In this document: positions 36,177-46,572 of the stretch, in pieces
Position numbering within the stretch: the stretch's first letter is position 1
Layout of the letters: each line of letters starts with the position of its first letter
Assembly: GCA_041690595.1 (NCBI GenBank)
Contig: JAWLHB010000003.1
Coordinates: 248,001 to 304,332 of the forward strand
DNA: 56,332 nucleotides
Source: Lentisphaeria bacterium
Lineage (GTDB): Bacteria > Verrucomicrobiota > Lentisphaeria > JABSQK01 > JAWLHB01
Reading direction: 5' to 3'
Made by a program: the position numbers and the translations under genes
Notes under the pieces: generated by a model
Databases searched by the model: none
Told to the model about the DNA's origin: nothing
What the model saw: only the letters and a program-made list of their open reading frames with translations

Positions 36177-38281
36177 TGACGCCACCAGACATGAAATCGG
36201 ATGCCATCTGGCATCAGCTTCTGGCCATCGAGCCTTCGCCCCGGATCGAGCGACTGCTTCAACGCCATCGCCAACAGGCCATGCTCTCCGAGACCCATCA
36301 CATCACCGATGTCGCCGCCGCCAACGATTGGACGGAGGCGATGATAGCCGCCTATGCGGCGACTACCGGCCGGAGCGCCATTCATCGCCGCGCCGCCGCA
36401 CTTGCCTCCTTTGCCGAAACGGCGCCCATCGCGCCACCGCAGGCAGACGACATATTCCTGGGCAGCCAGGCCTTCTTCCCCGCCATCAGCCGCGCTGCCC
36501 GCCACGCCGAGCTGATCGATCTGGGATGGGCGCGGAATGCTGGCCATATCGTGCCCGGCTACGAGAGCTTTCTTCGATTTGGCATCACGGCCATGACCGC
36601 TATCCTGAGGGAAGCTCGCAGCCACGTAACCAGCCTGGAGCAGGCGGAAACGTTCGAGGCATTCGAGACTGCGCTGCTCGCCTTCCAGCACTACCTGCGG
36701 CGGCTTGCCGACCTCGCCGACGATACGGCGGCACCACATCTGCGGCACCTGGGCCTTCACGCGCCGGACAGCTACGAGCAGGCCCTTCACCTTCTCTGGG
36801 CAATGCAGCTCTTTCTCCATGCGGAAAACCCCGCCTCCGCCATCTCCTTCGGGCGGGCGGACAGGTACCTCTTTCCCTTTCTTCTACTCGATCAGCGGAC
36901 TGGGCGCCTCGACTGGCAGCAGGCATTCGACCTGACCGCGGCCTTCTTCATCAAGTGTTGCGAGGGTGGGGAGAGCCAGAATCTCACCCTTGGCGGCATC
37001 GATGAACATGGCACTGATGCGACCAACCCGCTCTCTTTCCTCATGCTGGCGGTCATGAACCGGCTGCGTCTGCCCCAGCCGTCGCTCTGTGTACGGCTGC
37101 ATCCCACTGCCCCTGCCAGCTTTGTGGCGGCCGCCTGTGAGCTGGCGGCCAGCGGTTGCGGCCAGCCCGGCTACCTGAACGACACTGCCGTCATTCCCGC
37201 CCTCCAAGCCGTGGATATCCCTCTGGAACGAGCCCGCAATTACGCCATTGTCGGCTGCTACGAAGCCACCCCGCATGGTGACTGCTATCCGAACACCGTC
37301 GGCGGCGGTGCTCATCTGGTCAAGGAGCTGGTCACCTGGCTGAACCAAGTCGCGGATACGCCTCCACCGACTCACGAGGCGCTGCTGGAAGGATGGCTGA
37401 CCCACATGCAACGGCATTTCGACCAGCTTCGCGCCACGGCCTGGCAACCAGCCTGGAATCACTGGCGCGATCACGCCCCCTCGCCCTTCACCAGCATGCT
37501 GGTGCAAGGGTGCATCGAAACGGCCAAGCCACTGGAAGCCGGCGGCGCTCGCAGCAACCTCTTCGGCATCAACATGGTTGGCCTCGGCACCGTGATCGAC
37601 AGCCTCCACGTCATTGACCAGCTTGTGTATCGTGATCAGTCTCTTTCTCTGCGCCAGATCATGGATGCCGTCCTCGACGACTTCCCAGACGAGAGCCTTC
37701 GCCTGCGCCTGGCCGCTGTCGGCGGTCGGTACGGCACCGACAGCGAGGAGACCAATCAACTGGCGGCATTGCTATCCGATCGCCTAGCCCGCCTGATCCT
37801 CGACCAGAAGATGGCGCATGGTGTTCGCCCCTACCCCGCTTTTTTCCGCTTCTACGCCGACATCTTCAGCCGTGAAACCGCTTCCCCCGACGGCCGACGC
37901 TGCAACGATCTGCTGAGCTACGGGGTCGGCGCCAATCTGGCAACCACCACTACCCCAACGGCCGTGCTGCGTTCGGCCTGCCATGTGGCCCATGCCCTCT
38001 GTGCCTGCGGCAATCCGCTGGCCATCACCCTCTCGCCCGCCGATGTCGCCGGTGGCGCCGGTCGGCAGCGCATTGCCGCGCTCATCGAGACCTACTTCAA
38101 AGACGGCGGCTTTCACCTGCACCTGAATGTGGCGCACGCGAAGCAGTTGCGCGAGGCGATGGTAAGCCCGGAGCGGCACGGCGATCTCATGCTGCGTATC
38201 AGCGGCTTCAGCGCCCGATTCATCAAGCTCAACCCGGTGCTTCAGCAGGCCCTTGTCGACCGCGCTGAACAGGGCCGCTGA
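36173..38281 (+). CDS. Glycyl radical enzyme 2 (PFL-like superfamily, non-PFL class)
   Basis: SFGRADRYL, QNLTLGG, PQPSL, GQPGYLND, Cys loop IVGCYE (C362/E364), ASPDGR, LMLRISGFSARF (G678); ATGA overlap with GRE1. Confidence 0.92.
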   Translation: MMTPPDMKSDAIWHQLLAIEPSPRIERLLQRHRQQAMLSETHHITDVAAANDWTEAMIAAYAATTGRSAIHRRAAALASFAETAPIAPPQADDIFLGSQAFFPAISRAARHAELIDLGWARNAGHIVPGYESFLRFGITAMTAILREARSHVTSLEQAETFEAFETALLAFQHYLRRLADLADDTAAPHLRHLGLHAPDSYEQALHLLWAMQLFLHAENPASAISFGRADRYLFPFLLLDQRTGRLDWQQAFDLTAAFFIKCCEGGESQNLTLGGIDEHGTDATNPLSFLMLAVMNRLRLPQPSLCVRLHPTAPASFVAAACELAASGCGQPGYLNDTAVIPALQAVDIPLERARNYAIVGCYEATPHGDCYPNTVGGGAHLVKELVTWLNQVADTPPPTHEALLEGWLTHMQRHFDQLRATAWQPAWNHWRDHAPSPFTSMLVQGCIETAKPLEAGGARSNLFGINMVGLGTVIDSLHVIDQLVYRDQSLSLRQIMDAVLDDFPDESLRLRLAAVGGRYGTDSEETNQLAALLSDRLARLILDQKMAHGVRPYPAFFRFYADIFSRETASPDGRRCNDLLSYGVGANLATTTTPTAVLRSACHVAHALCACGNPLAITLSPADVAGGAGRQRIAALIETYFKDGGFHLHLNVAHAKQLREAMVSPERHGDLMLRISGFSARFIKLNPVLQQALVDRAEQGR

Positions 38282-38283
38282 TC

Positions 38284-39024
38284 GTGTATACGACCGAGCA
38301 ATACCTTCTCGCCGCCGCCGCCGCCCTGATGGTCGGCTTTTCCAAGACCGGGCTTCCCGGAACCGGCATTCTGGTCGTGCCGATCATGGCCCTCATCTTC
38401 GCAAGCACGCGCGAATCCATCGGCCTGCTACTGCCCATGCTGATTGTCGGCGACATCTTTGCGGTCGCTTACTACAAGCGCCACGCACAGTGGAAGCAGC
38501 TCTGGCGACTCTTTCCCTGGGTGGCCCCCGGCATGGCCGCCGGCTACCTTCTGCTGCTGTGGACGCGCGACAAGAGCTTCGACCTGGCGCCGTTATTGGG
38601 CGCCATTGTTCTGGCACTGGTCATCGTCGACCTGTTGCGCATGCGCTACCAGTGGGTGAACATGCCGCACCAGACGTGGTTTGTCGGCGGCACCGGCACA
38701 CTTGCCGGCTTCACGACGACAGTCGGCAATGCGGCCGGCTCCATCATGAATATCTATTTTCTCAGCCTGGATCTGCCCAAGGCGCAGTTTGTCGGCACCG
38801 CCGCCTGGTTTTTCATGATCGTGAACCTGGCAAAGGTTCCCATATTCGTGCACAACGACATGATCACCACCTCGTCGCTGGGCTTCGACGTGCTGATGAT
38901 TCCAGCCATTGCGGTGGGCGCCGTGCTTGGCATCCTCCTCCTGCCGGTGCTGCCGCAGAAAGCCTTCAACCTGATCGTTCGGGTGCTTGCCGCCGTCGCC
39001 GCCCTGAAGTTGATCATCAATTGA
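38284..39024 (+). CDS. TauE/SafE (TSUP) family membrane transporter
   Basis: [47 protein letters not shown]; about 8 TM; GTG start 2 nt after the GRE2 stop. Confidence 0.88.
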   Translation: MYTTEQYLLAAAAALMVGFSKTGLPGTGILVVPIMALIFASTRESIGLLLPMLIVGDIFAVAYYKRHAQWKQLWRLFPWVAPGMAAGYLLLLWTRDKSFDLAPLLGAIVLALVIVDLLRMRYQWVNMPHQTWFVGGTGTLAGFTTTVGNAAGSIMNIYFLSLDLPKAQFVGTAAWFFMIVNLAKVPIFVHNDMITTSSLGFDVLMIPAIAVGAVLGILLLPVLPQKAFNLIVRVLAAVAALKLIIN

Positions 39025-39886
39025 AGTCGAGCAACCGCCGCTCCAGATAGCTGCGATAGTCACAGCTCGGCATCTCGCTTACGTGATGCGCCATCCGGTC
39101 GCGTCGCACGTACCCCATGTGAAGGGCCACTTCTTCCAGGCAGCCGATCTGCAGCCCCTGACGTTGCTGAAGCGTGAAGATGAAGTTGGCTGCTTCGAGG
39201 AGGCTCGCATGGGTGCCGGTGTCCAGCCACGCAATCCCGCGTCCGAGCATTCGGCACTGCAACTCCTCCAGTTGGAGGTAAGCCATGTTGAGATCGGTGA
39301 TCTCCAGTTCTCCTCGGCTGGACGGCGCCAGCTTGCGCGCCATCTCGCTGACCTTGCCATCGTACAGGTAGAGCCCTGGCACCGCAAAATGACTCTTGGG
39401 GTTGGCGGGCTTCTCCTCAATCCCCAGCACCCTGCCGCTCTCTTTGTCGAACTCCACCACCCCATAGCGGGAAGGCTCCTGCACATAATAGCCAAAGATG
39501 AGTGCACCGGCTGTAAAACTCCGCACAATCTCCAGGATGCGCATATTCCCGTAAAAGATGTTGTCACCGAGGATCAGGGCCACCGGTTCGCCGGCGATAA
39601 AATCCTCACCAAGAATGAAGGCTTGCGCCAGACCGCCTGGGCGTGGCTGCTCCCGATAGGTGAGCGAGAGCCCCCACTGCGAGCCATCGCCCAGCAGATC
39701 CCGAAATCGCGGCAGATCCTGTGGCGTGGAGATCAACAGGATCTCCCGGATACCGCCCAGCATCAGCGTCGACAGCGGATAGTAGATCATCGGCTTGTCG
39801 TAGACTGGCTGAAGCTGCTTGCTGGCGACGCGGGTGATTGGGTGCAGACGCGTGCCCGCGCCGCCAGCCAGGACTATTCCTCTCAT
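39017..39886 (-). CDS. rmlA: Glucose-1-phosphate thymidylyltransferase
   Basis: [57 protein letters not shown]. Confidence 0.96.
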   Translation of the reverse strand: MRGIVLAGGAGTRLHPITRVASKQLQPVYDKPMIYYPLSTLMLGGIREILLISTPQDLPRFRDLLGDGSQWGLSLTYREQPRPGGLAQAFILGEDFIAGEPVALILGDNIFYGNMRILEIVRSFTAGALIFGYYVQEPSRYGVVEFDKESGRVLGIEEKPANPKSHFAVPGLYLYDGKVSEMARKLAPSSRGELEITDLNMAYLQLEELQCRMLGRGIAWLDTGTHASLLEAANFIFTLQQRQGLQIGCLEEVALHMGYVRRDRMAHHVSEMPSCDYRSYLERRLLDFN

Positions 39887-42174
39887 TCAACCCCCTTGCC
39901 CGCTGCATCCAGTACCGGATCGATGCGCTTCGCCACGGTCGAGTCAACGCCGACCACGGAAACCAGGTCCGAGAGGATGTTCAGCGTCTCCCGCAGATAG
40001 AAATCCGCATCCAGATCACCTTCGTCCTCTGTATTGAGCTTGCCGCGCTTCGTCTTTGAAAGGATCTCATCGCTACGCTTTGCCCAGTACTCGTCTTCTT
40101 TGCGCAGCTTGATGCGTTCATCCTTGTTCAGCGTGATGGTCTTGCGGTCTCGCCGCTCTCCGTATCTGTGGATGTCCGAGACCAGTTGCTTGAACTGCTC
40201 GTCTTCAGCCAGGCGGCTGTCATGGCGCTGGCGAAGGAAGTCGAGATGACTCACAACATCGGGGCGGGCGCGTACAATCTCGCGAGCCTCGATCTCGTCC
40301 CAAGCCATGGCATGCTCCAACTCGGCCTCACCTTTCACCATGTGATCGAGAAAGGAGGGCAGGACAAAGTCAGGATGAACACCCCGCTGCTGGGTGGAAC
40401 CACCGTTGACCCGGTAGAACTTCGCCATCGTGAATTTGAGTGCACCGGGATTTTCCTCGCGCAGGGAGTGGAGCATGTCCAGCTTCTGGACGGTCTGTAC
40501 GGTCCCCTTGCCGTGTGTCATCTGATCACCGATCAGGATGCCCCGCCCGTAGTCCTGGATAGCCGCCGCGAAGATCTCCGATGCGGAAGCACTGGTCCGG
40601 TTGGTCAGAACCGCCAGCGGCATGTCAAAGGCAAAGCCACCATCGGCATCAGGATAGACATTGATCCCTTCGCGTTCGCGCACCTGAACGATCGGCCCGC
40701 TCGGGATGAAGAGACCCGCCAGGTTGATCGCTTCCGTCAGGCTGCCGCCACCATTGTACCGCAGATCGATGACCAGACCGGAAATAGCGTCTTCCTTCGT
40801 CATCTTCTCGACCAGGTTGCGGACGTCAACGGTTGTGCTCTTGGCATTGGGGTCACCCGTGCGCAAGGCCTCGAAATCCGCATAGAATGAGGGCAGATAA
40901 ATGATGCCGATTTTGCGGCTCTGCCCATCGGGGCCGGTGTGCTCGATTACCTCGCTCTTGGCTTCCTGATCGCGAAGCTGCACTTCGTCACGGGTGATCT
41001 TGATGATCTGCGGGACATCATGCACATCCTTTGCGATGGAGAGCGTCACACCGGTGCCCTTTTCGCCACGAATCTTGCGAACCACCTGGTTCAGCGGCAT
41101 GTTCACCACATCTTCCAGTTCGCCCCCCTCCTGACCAACGCCGAGAATGTGATCTCCAGCTTTCAAACGGCCGTCCAGAGCGGCAGGTCCCCCAGGAACC
41201 ACGCTCACTACTTTGGTGTAGCCATCTTCCATCGTCAAGGTCGCGCCGATTCCCTGCAGCGAAAGCTTCATCGAGATATCGAAATCTTCCGAGGTGCGCC
41301 AGTTGAAATAGGAGCTGTGTGGGTCGAATACCTGGGTGAAGGTGGAAAGGTAAAGCTCGAGGACATCCGTGTTGTCGTTGCCCTGCAGCAAGCCGAGATA
41401 CTCTTCGTGGCGCTCGACGAACTGCTGTTGGGGACTCTCTTCCTTCTCCTCGATTTTTCCCTTGTCGACAACATCCTGCCCCGTTACCGGCAGTTCCGCG
41501 TCGGCATGGGCTTCCGCGACCGCTTCAGCATCGCCTTCCTGCTTGGCTTCGCGCACCTTGCGCGCAGCCTCGATTTCCTCGTTAGTGATCACGCTCACAA
41601 GCATCTGATTCTTCATGCGCTTGCGCCAGACTTCATCGAGCGCCTCGCGGGACTCCATCCACGGCACGTTCTCACGATCTACCAGCAGTTCCTCGTCAGT
41701 CGTATAGTCAAACGGCTCCTCGGCGCGCGCCTTCGCGTAGTCTACACGCTCCCGTGCGCGCTCGAGAAAGCGGCGGTATACGGCAAAGGCAAAGTCGAGG
41801 TCTCCACGCCGCAGCAAGTCGTCAAGGACCAGGCGGTACGGCATGAATTCGTCGATATCGCTTTTCAGGAAGTATACATGCTCAGGATCGAGCCGGTTGA
41901 AGTACTCGTCGAATATCTGCCCAGAGACCTCGTCATTCAACTCGGGCTTGGTGTAGTGTCGCTGCAGCATCCTGTAGACAACGACGCGAGCAATCTTGCT
42001 GTCTCCGGCAGTTGGTTCAAGCACCTTGGCGGCAGCCGCCTCATCCGCCGCGGCCGCCGGGAGAGGTTGAAGGCCCAGCCCGACGATGGCGGTTACCAGC
42101 AGGGCGCTGATGGCAGGCAAGATGACGGGTCGCAGCCGGCCCAGAGCCAGCATGACATAAGTATGTAAGTTCAT
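39883..42174 (-). CDS. prc: Carboxy-terminal processing protease Prc/Tsp (S41A, PDZ)
   Basis: DPHSSY, GIGA (PDZ), [36 protein letters not shown]. Start uncertain (GTG 42252 or ATG 42174). Confidence 0.92.
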   Translation of the reverse strand: MNLHTYVMLALGRLRPVILPAISALLVTAIVGLGLQPLPAAAADEAAAAKVLEPTAGDSKIARVVVYRMLQRHYTKPELNDEVSGQIFDEYFNRLDPEHVYFLKSDIDEFMPYRLVLDDLLRRGDLDFAFAVYRRFLERARERVDYAKARAEEPFDYTTDEELLVDRENVPWMESREALDEVWRKRMKNQMLVSVITNEEIEAARKVREAKQEGDAEAVAEAHADAELPVTGQDVVDKGKIEEKEESPQQQFVERHEEYLGLLQGNDNTDVLELYLSTFTQVFDPHSSYFNWRTSEDFDISMKLSLQGIGATLTMEDGYTKVVSVVPGGPAALDGRLKAGDHILGVGQEGGELEDVVNMPLNQVVRKIRGEKGTGVTLSIAKDVHDVPQIIKITRDEVQLRDQEAKSEVIEHTGPDGQSRKIGIIYLPSFYADFEALRTGDPNAKSTTVDVRNLVEKMTKEDAISGLVIDLRYNGGGSLTEAINLAGLFIPSGPIVQVREREGINVYPDADGGFAFDMPLAVLTNRTSASASEIFAAAIQDYGRGILIGDQMTHGKGTVQTVQKLDMLHSLREENPGALKFTMAKFYRVNGGSTQQRGVHPDFVLPSFLDHMVKGEAELEHAMAWDEIEAREIVRARPDVVSHLDFLRQRHDSRLAEDEQFKQLVSDIHRYGERRDRKTITLNKDERIKLRKEDEYWAKRSDEILSKTKRGKLNTEDEGDLDADFYLRETLNILSDLVSVVGVDSTVAKRIDPVLDAAGKGVE

Positions 42175-42257
42175 CGCTTGATCATTCCTCGGTGTGGTTT
42201 CTCTTTGCAGTTCTGGCAAGAGGTTAGACGATAACAGGGAGAATAAGTTCACTCACT

Positions 42258-45200
42258 TCAGGGTGTTTCCGCAAACAGCTTTTCCAGCCCCGGATCGAGC
42301 TGAGCACCCAACTGTTTGGCTTTCTCATACCAGTTCTTCGCTTCGGTCATCCTCGGAGGATCCAGCGTCGAATACAGTACGGCCAGATTGAAGGCGGTAT
42401 CCGGATTGCTGGCATCCAGTTCCTGAGAACGCTCGAACTGTACCTTGGCCGAATCGATCCATCCCAGTTGACGACATGCCACACCCAGGTAACGGTGAAA
42501 ATCTGCATCGTCCGGGAAAAGCGCCACGGCTCGACTCAGCATCGAGATACCAAGATCGCCCTTCTCCGTACGCACTAATATAAAGCCAAGCGGCAGCAGA
42601 ATGTCCCGGTCGTCCGGATTTTTGTAGAATGCCCGCATCAGATGCGTTTCGGCGTTGGCATAATCGCCCTTGTCGCTCAGGATGTTGCCCAGACGGGTGA
42701 GCGCCCGCACATGGTCCGGATCCCGCTCGAGGACTTTCTCGTAAAACCAGATGGCCCCTTCAGTGGCTCCGTCCCGCTCGGCCTGCAGCGCCTGACTCAA
42801 CAAGCTGTGCAACTCCTCCTGCTGCGCTCGCGTCAGGCCGCCGGCAGCCACGGACTGCTGATCGATCGCTGCCAGCTGCTTCTCGGCCTCCTGTCTGGCC
42901 GCTTCGGCAGTCGCGGCCACTTCCTTCTGGTGGTTGTATTCCTCCAGCGCCTTCTTCAGCTGGCGGTTCAGCATCTCCTTCTCCTGCTGCCCCTCTTGGA
43001 CCATCCCCGCGTGACGGCTCTCCAATTGGCTATGCGACGTCTCAAGTTTCTTGAGCATCTGTTCCTTCTGCTCCATCAACTCACGTTGAGCGCCGACCAG
43101 TTTCTGCAACTGCCCCACCTGTATCTCCAGCGCCGCCAGTTTCTCAGCCTGGCCCGTGACGTCGCTGGTGCTGCGCTGCAGGGCTTCCATCTTATCCCGG
43201 AGTTGATCGCGCGCAGCCGCGAGCGTGGCGATCTCCTTCTCTCCTTCCGCCAGACGCGCCTTCAACTGCTCGACCGTATTCTCTTCCCGTTCAAGGGCCT
43301 GCCGGGCCGCTACGGCCGACTGCCGCGTCGCGACACCATCGGCCTCAACCGCGGCGACTTTATCCTTCAGTTGCCGATTCTCCTGCTGAACTGCCTCGAT
43401 CTGTCTGGTCAGTTCCGTGACTGCCGCCAGGCGCATGGCTTCCTGATTCTTCGCGTCGTCCAGTTTTGCCTGAACGTCCCCGAGCTTCTGACGCAAGTCG
43501 TTCGCTTCCAAAATCTTCTGGGCGATCTCCGCTTCAGTCTTTCGCACCTGCTCTACCAGTTTCTCGGGCAGCCCCGCGGCGGCGGCATCGGCCGGTATGT
43601 CGGCGCGCGCCTGTTTGACCTGACGAGTGAGCAGTTCGACCTCGCTCCGCAGACCGGGAACCAGCTTCGCCTGTTCTTCCATTTCCGCGATGCGTTTCAA
43701 ACTTGCCTGCAGCTCAGGCAATTCAGCCAGCTGTTCGCGCAGGGCGACAGCCTCTCGCGCCAAAGGTTGCGCCGCGTCCAGCGCCGCGCTCTTTTCCTTC
43801 AGCTCTTCAGCCAGTCGTTGCGCCTCGTCTTGCAGCTTCAGTGCGTCCGTAAGCCCCTGGGTCGTCAACATTACCTGCAGTTTCTCTACCTGCTGCCGCA
43901 GTTCCGCATTCTGCGCCAAAGCAGTTGCGGCGCTAATGGCGTCGGGATTTGCCTGTTGTTCAGCAAGCAGCTTGTTCCGCGCCTTCAGGTCAGCCACCAG
44001 TTGCGACTGCTCGCGCAGTTGCAGCGCGGTCTTTTCGCCGACCTCTTTCAGCTCTTTCGCCACTTCTTCACGCGCTCTGGTGGCTACCGTAAGGTTGTTG
44101 GTCAGTTGTTCGACCTGTACCTGCAACTGATGCAGCCGCGTCTGCTGTTCCTTCTGAGCGGCTGCTTCGCGCTTGCGCAGGATCTCCAACTCGGCCTGGG
44201 TCTTTTCCAGATCGCCTTTAAGGGAACGGCTCACCTGTGTTTGGCTGGCGTTCTTCTTCTCCAACTCCTGCACCTGCCTGGCATTGTCGGCCATCTCCTG
44301 TCGCAGAGCGTCGCGTTCTTTCACTGTGGCGGCAAGCCTCTCCATAACGGCATCCACCTGATTCGCCTTCTCGCGCAGTTCGGCATTGGCCATCTGCAGG
44401 GCATCGAGCCCCTTTCTGCCGCGGGCTTCCTCTACCTGGCTCTTGCGAAGGCCGTCGCGCAGAATCTGCGCCTCATCACGCAACGCGGACAGTTCCTTCT
44501 CCCTCGCCAAGTAGAGCTGTTTGGTCTGCTGCACATCATCCGTTTTCTTCTGTACTTCCTCCAGCACTGCGCGCAGACGTTCAACCTCCTGCCGCTGGGA
44601 CGCCACGGTTGTTTCCCGCTGCACGAGTTGCCCCTGCAATTCCTGCTGCCGCTCGCCCATCCGCGCGATAGTTTGCTGCGCCAACTCGTAATTCCGTTTG
44701 ACGGTCCCGCTCGATGCCTGCTCCTCCTGAAGTTGGAGTTGCACCTGCGCGCGCTCCACGGAAAGACGCTTGTTCGTCTCAAGCAACTCGTCGATCCGCG
44801 CATTCAGCCCCCGTGAGGCCGCCTCGTACTCGGCGCCTTTCTTCTGCATCTCGTTCAACTGCGTCTGCAATTTGGCATAGGCATCGCGCAGTCCCTTCTC
44901 GTCTTCGAGTTCCTTCAGTTCGTTGACCAGCGCTTCCTGTTTCCCCTCGAGGGAGTGCACACGCTGCTTCAGCTCGCGATTTTCCCACGCGAGCTTCTCC
45001 GCCAACTGTGCGCTCTCGCTGCCGCGGGCTGCTTCTGCCCGGGCCTTCTCCAAAGCCTGGCTCAGCCGCGTCGTCTGGGCGGTCAGCTCCTGGACCTTGT
45101 TGTTGGCCCCTTCCACCGCCTGCTCCAGCCGCATATTGGCTTTGGTCACATCATCGAGCGTCAGTGCTTTTTCAACCACCTTCACTTTCGCCGCGAGCAC

Positions 45201-45485
45201 GTTGACCTTGTCCCGGCAGAATTTGATCCGGTAATCCAGAATGAACGGATTCCAGGCAGGGTACTTGGCCTTTACCTGGAGGTAGACGTCGAGCGCCGTC
45301 TGGTAGTGCTGCCGGGCATCCTGGAACTGCCGCGCGTCTTCCGCCTTCTGCGCCAGTTCGAAGCGCTCATAGCCTTTCATCCACTCTGCACGCGCCTGCG
45401 GATTGTCTTCCTCCTCCGCGAATGCCCGCATGGGTAGAACCAACAATGTCAATGCCGCCAGACAGACGGCCAGTTTGGTATACAT
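42258..45485 (-). CDS. Exported protein with very long coiled coil and C-terminal TPR repeats
   Basis: Signal peptide MYTKLAVCLAALTLLVLPMRAFA; about 800 aa of E/K/Q/L/A heptad-rich sequence; C-terminal TPRs (YEKVLERDPDH, LSRAVALFPDD, AFNLAVLY). Confidence 0.85.
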   Translation of the reverse strand: MYTKLAVCLAALTLLVLPMRAFAEEEDNPQARAEWMKGYERFELAQKAEDARQFQDARQHYQTALDVYLQVKAKYPAWNPFILDYRIKFCRDKVNVLAAKVKVVEKALTLDDVTKANMRLEQAVEGANNKVQELTAQTTRLSQALEKARAEAARGSESAQLAEKLAWENRELKQRVHSLEGKQEALVNELKELEDEKGLRDAYAKLQTQLNEMQKKGAEYEAASRGLNARIDELLETNKRLSVERAQVQLQLQEEQASSGTVKRNYELAQQTIARMGERQQELQGQLVQRETTVASQRQEVERLRAVLEEVQKKTDDVQQTKQLYLAREKELSALRDEAQILRDGLRKSQVEEARGRKGLDALQMANAELREKANQVDAVMERLAATVKERDALRQEMADNARQVQELEKKNASQTQVSRSLKGDLEKTQAELEILRKREAAAQKEQQTRLHQLQVQVEQLTNNLTVATRAREEVAKELKEVGEKTALQLREQSQLVADLKARNKLLAEQQANPDAISAATALAQNAELRQQVEKLQVMLTTQGLTDALKLQDEAQRLAEELKEKSAALDAAQPLAREAVALREQLAELPELQASLKRIAEMEEQAKLVPGLRSEVELLTRQVKQARADIPADAAAAGLPEKLVEQVRKTEAEIAQKILEANDLRQKLGDVQAKLDDAKNQEAMRLAAVTELTRQIEAVQQENRQLKDKVAAVEADGVATRQSAVAARQALEREENTVEQLKARLAEGEKEIATLAAARDQLRDKMEALQRSTSDVTGQAEKLAALEIQVGQLQKLVGAQRELMEQKEQMLKKLETSHSQLESRHAGMVQEGQQEKEMLNRQLKKALEEYNHQKEVAATAEAARQEAEKQLAAIDQQSVAAGGLTRAQQEELHSLLSQALQAERDGATEGAIWFYEKVLERDPDHVRALTRLGNILSDKGDYANAETHLMRAFYKNPDDRDILLPLGFILVRTEKGDLGISMLSRAVALFPDDADFHRYLGVACRQLGWIDSAKVQFERSQELDASNPDTAFNLAVLYSTLDPPRMTEAKNWYEKAKQLGAQLDPGLEKLFAETP

Positions 45486-45758
45486 CCTGCTATATCTCCA
45501 TGTATGAGCGTGCCAAGTCACCACCATGTCGGGGAGGGATCGCTGTCGAGGATACACACAGCGAAGCATCCGGTGAGCGTAAAGTACACCCCAACAGGCG
45601 TCTCGGCAACCAGGAAAACGGCAACCGGTCGGTCCCTTCAGAAAGCCGCATAGCGACAAAAGTTACCGACGGCATGTCGACATTCCTTTACACCTCATCC
45701 ATACAGCGACAAAGCACATGCACCATATAGCCTCAGCAAAAAACCTACAGGGGTTCAC

Positions 45759-46388
45759 ATGATCGCGGAGAATCTCGATAGTATTGCCGGCAGAAACGCC
45801 GCCGATGAGCAGATCCTCAAGCTGCTGCGTGAGAAGCATCCAGCTGCGCCCAAACGACTGCTCGACAACTACGGCGAAAGAGTTTATGCGCTGGCAAGGC
45901 GCATTCTCGCCTCGGATGAAGACGCCAAGGACGCCATGCTGGAAACCTTCATCACGATTCTGCGCAAATGGCCTACCTTCCGCGAGCAGTCGCAGTTCTC
46001 CAGTTGGGTCTATCGCGTCGCGCGCAATCAGGCGATCATGATGCTGCGCAAGCGCAGCCGTACGCAACACGTCATTTCCCTCGATATGCCGGCGTTCGCC
46101 TTCAGCAATGCCCAGGACTCGCCTCGCAGCCTGGTCGAGAATACCCCTAACAACTCGCCTGCCCCCGATCAGCATCTGGCGCAGGGCGAACTTCGGGCTC
46201 AGATTCATCAGGCGATCGATTCTCTGGATCCTGCTTACCGCCATGTCTATCGCATGAAGGAAGTGGAAGGCAAGTCGCTCAAGGAGATAGCCCACCTTAC
46301 CGATCTGAGCGAAATGGCGATCAAATCACGGGTGCATCGCGCCAGGGAACAGCTTCGCTGCAAACTGGCGGCGGTCTTCTACAACTGA
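45759..46388 (+). CDS. ECF RNA polymerase sigma factor
   Basis: Region 2 (YALARRIL...DAKD...FSSWVYRVARN) and region 4 (EGKSLKEIA...IKSRVHRAR). Confidence 0.92.
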   Translation: MIAENLDSIAGRNAADEQILKLLREKHPAAPKRLLDNYGERVYALARRILASDEDAKDAMLETFITILRKWPTFREQSQFSSWVYRVARNQAIMMLRKRSRTQHVISLDMPAFAFSNAQDSPRSLVENTPNNSPAPDQHLAQGELRAQIHQAIDSLDPAYRHVYRMKEVEGKSLKEIAHLTDLSEMAIKSRVHRAREQLRCKLAAVFYN

Positions 46389-46411
46389 GAGTTTTCACCC
46401 TCCCAAACCCC

Positions 46412-46456
46412 AGCTCTCCATGCCGCTGCCGCATGCGCATGGAGAGCTTTCTTTTT
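46412..46456 (+). terminator. Rho-independent terminator after the ECF sigma gene
   Basis: AGCTCTCCATG...CATGGAGAGCT 11-bp stem followed by TTCTTTTT. Confidence 0.8.
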
Positions 46457-46572
46457 GCCGGGACGGCAACTATAGTATCGAAGTCTCTTGCCCGCTGGGC
46501 AGAGACTTATGCAGCAGCGAGCCATTGACATAAATAGGTGGGGAGCCGGATTTCTCAAGTGATGAGCGAGAC

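Noticed and set aside
33936..38281. Calling the GREs pyruvate formate-lyase (pflB) or choline TMA-lyase (cutC)
   Set aside because: No Cys-Cys pair as in PFL; no microcompartment context, and class-specific residues cannot be verified by eye.
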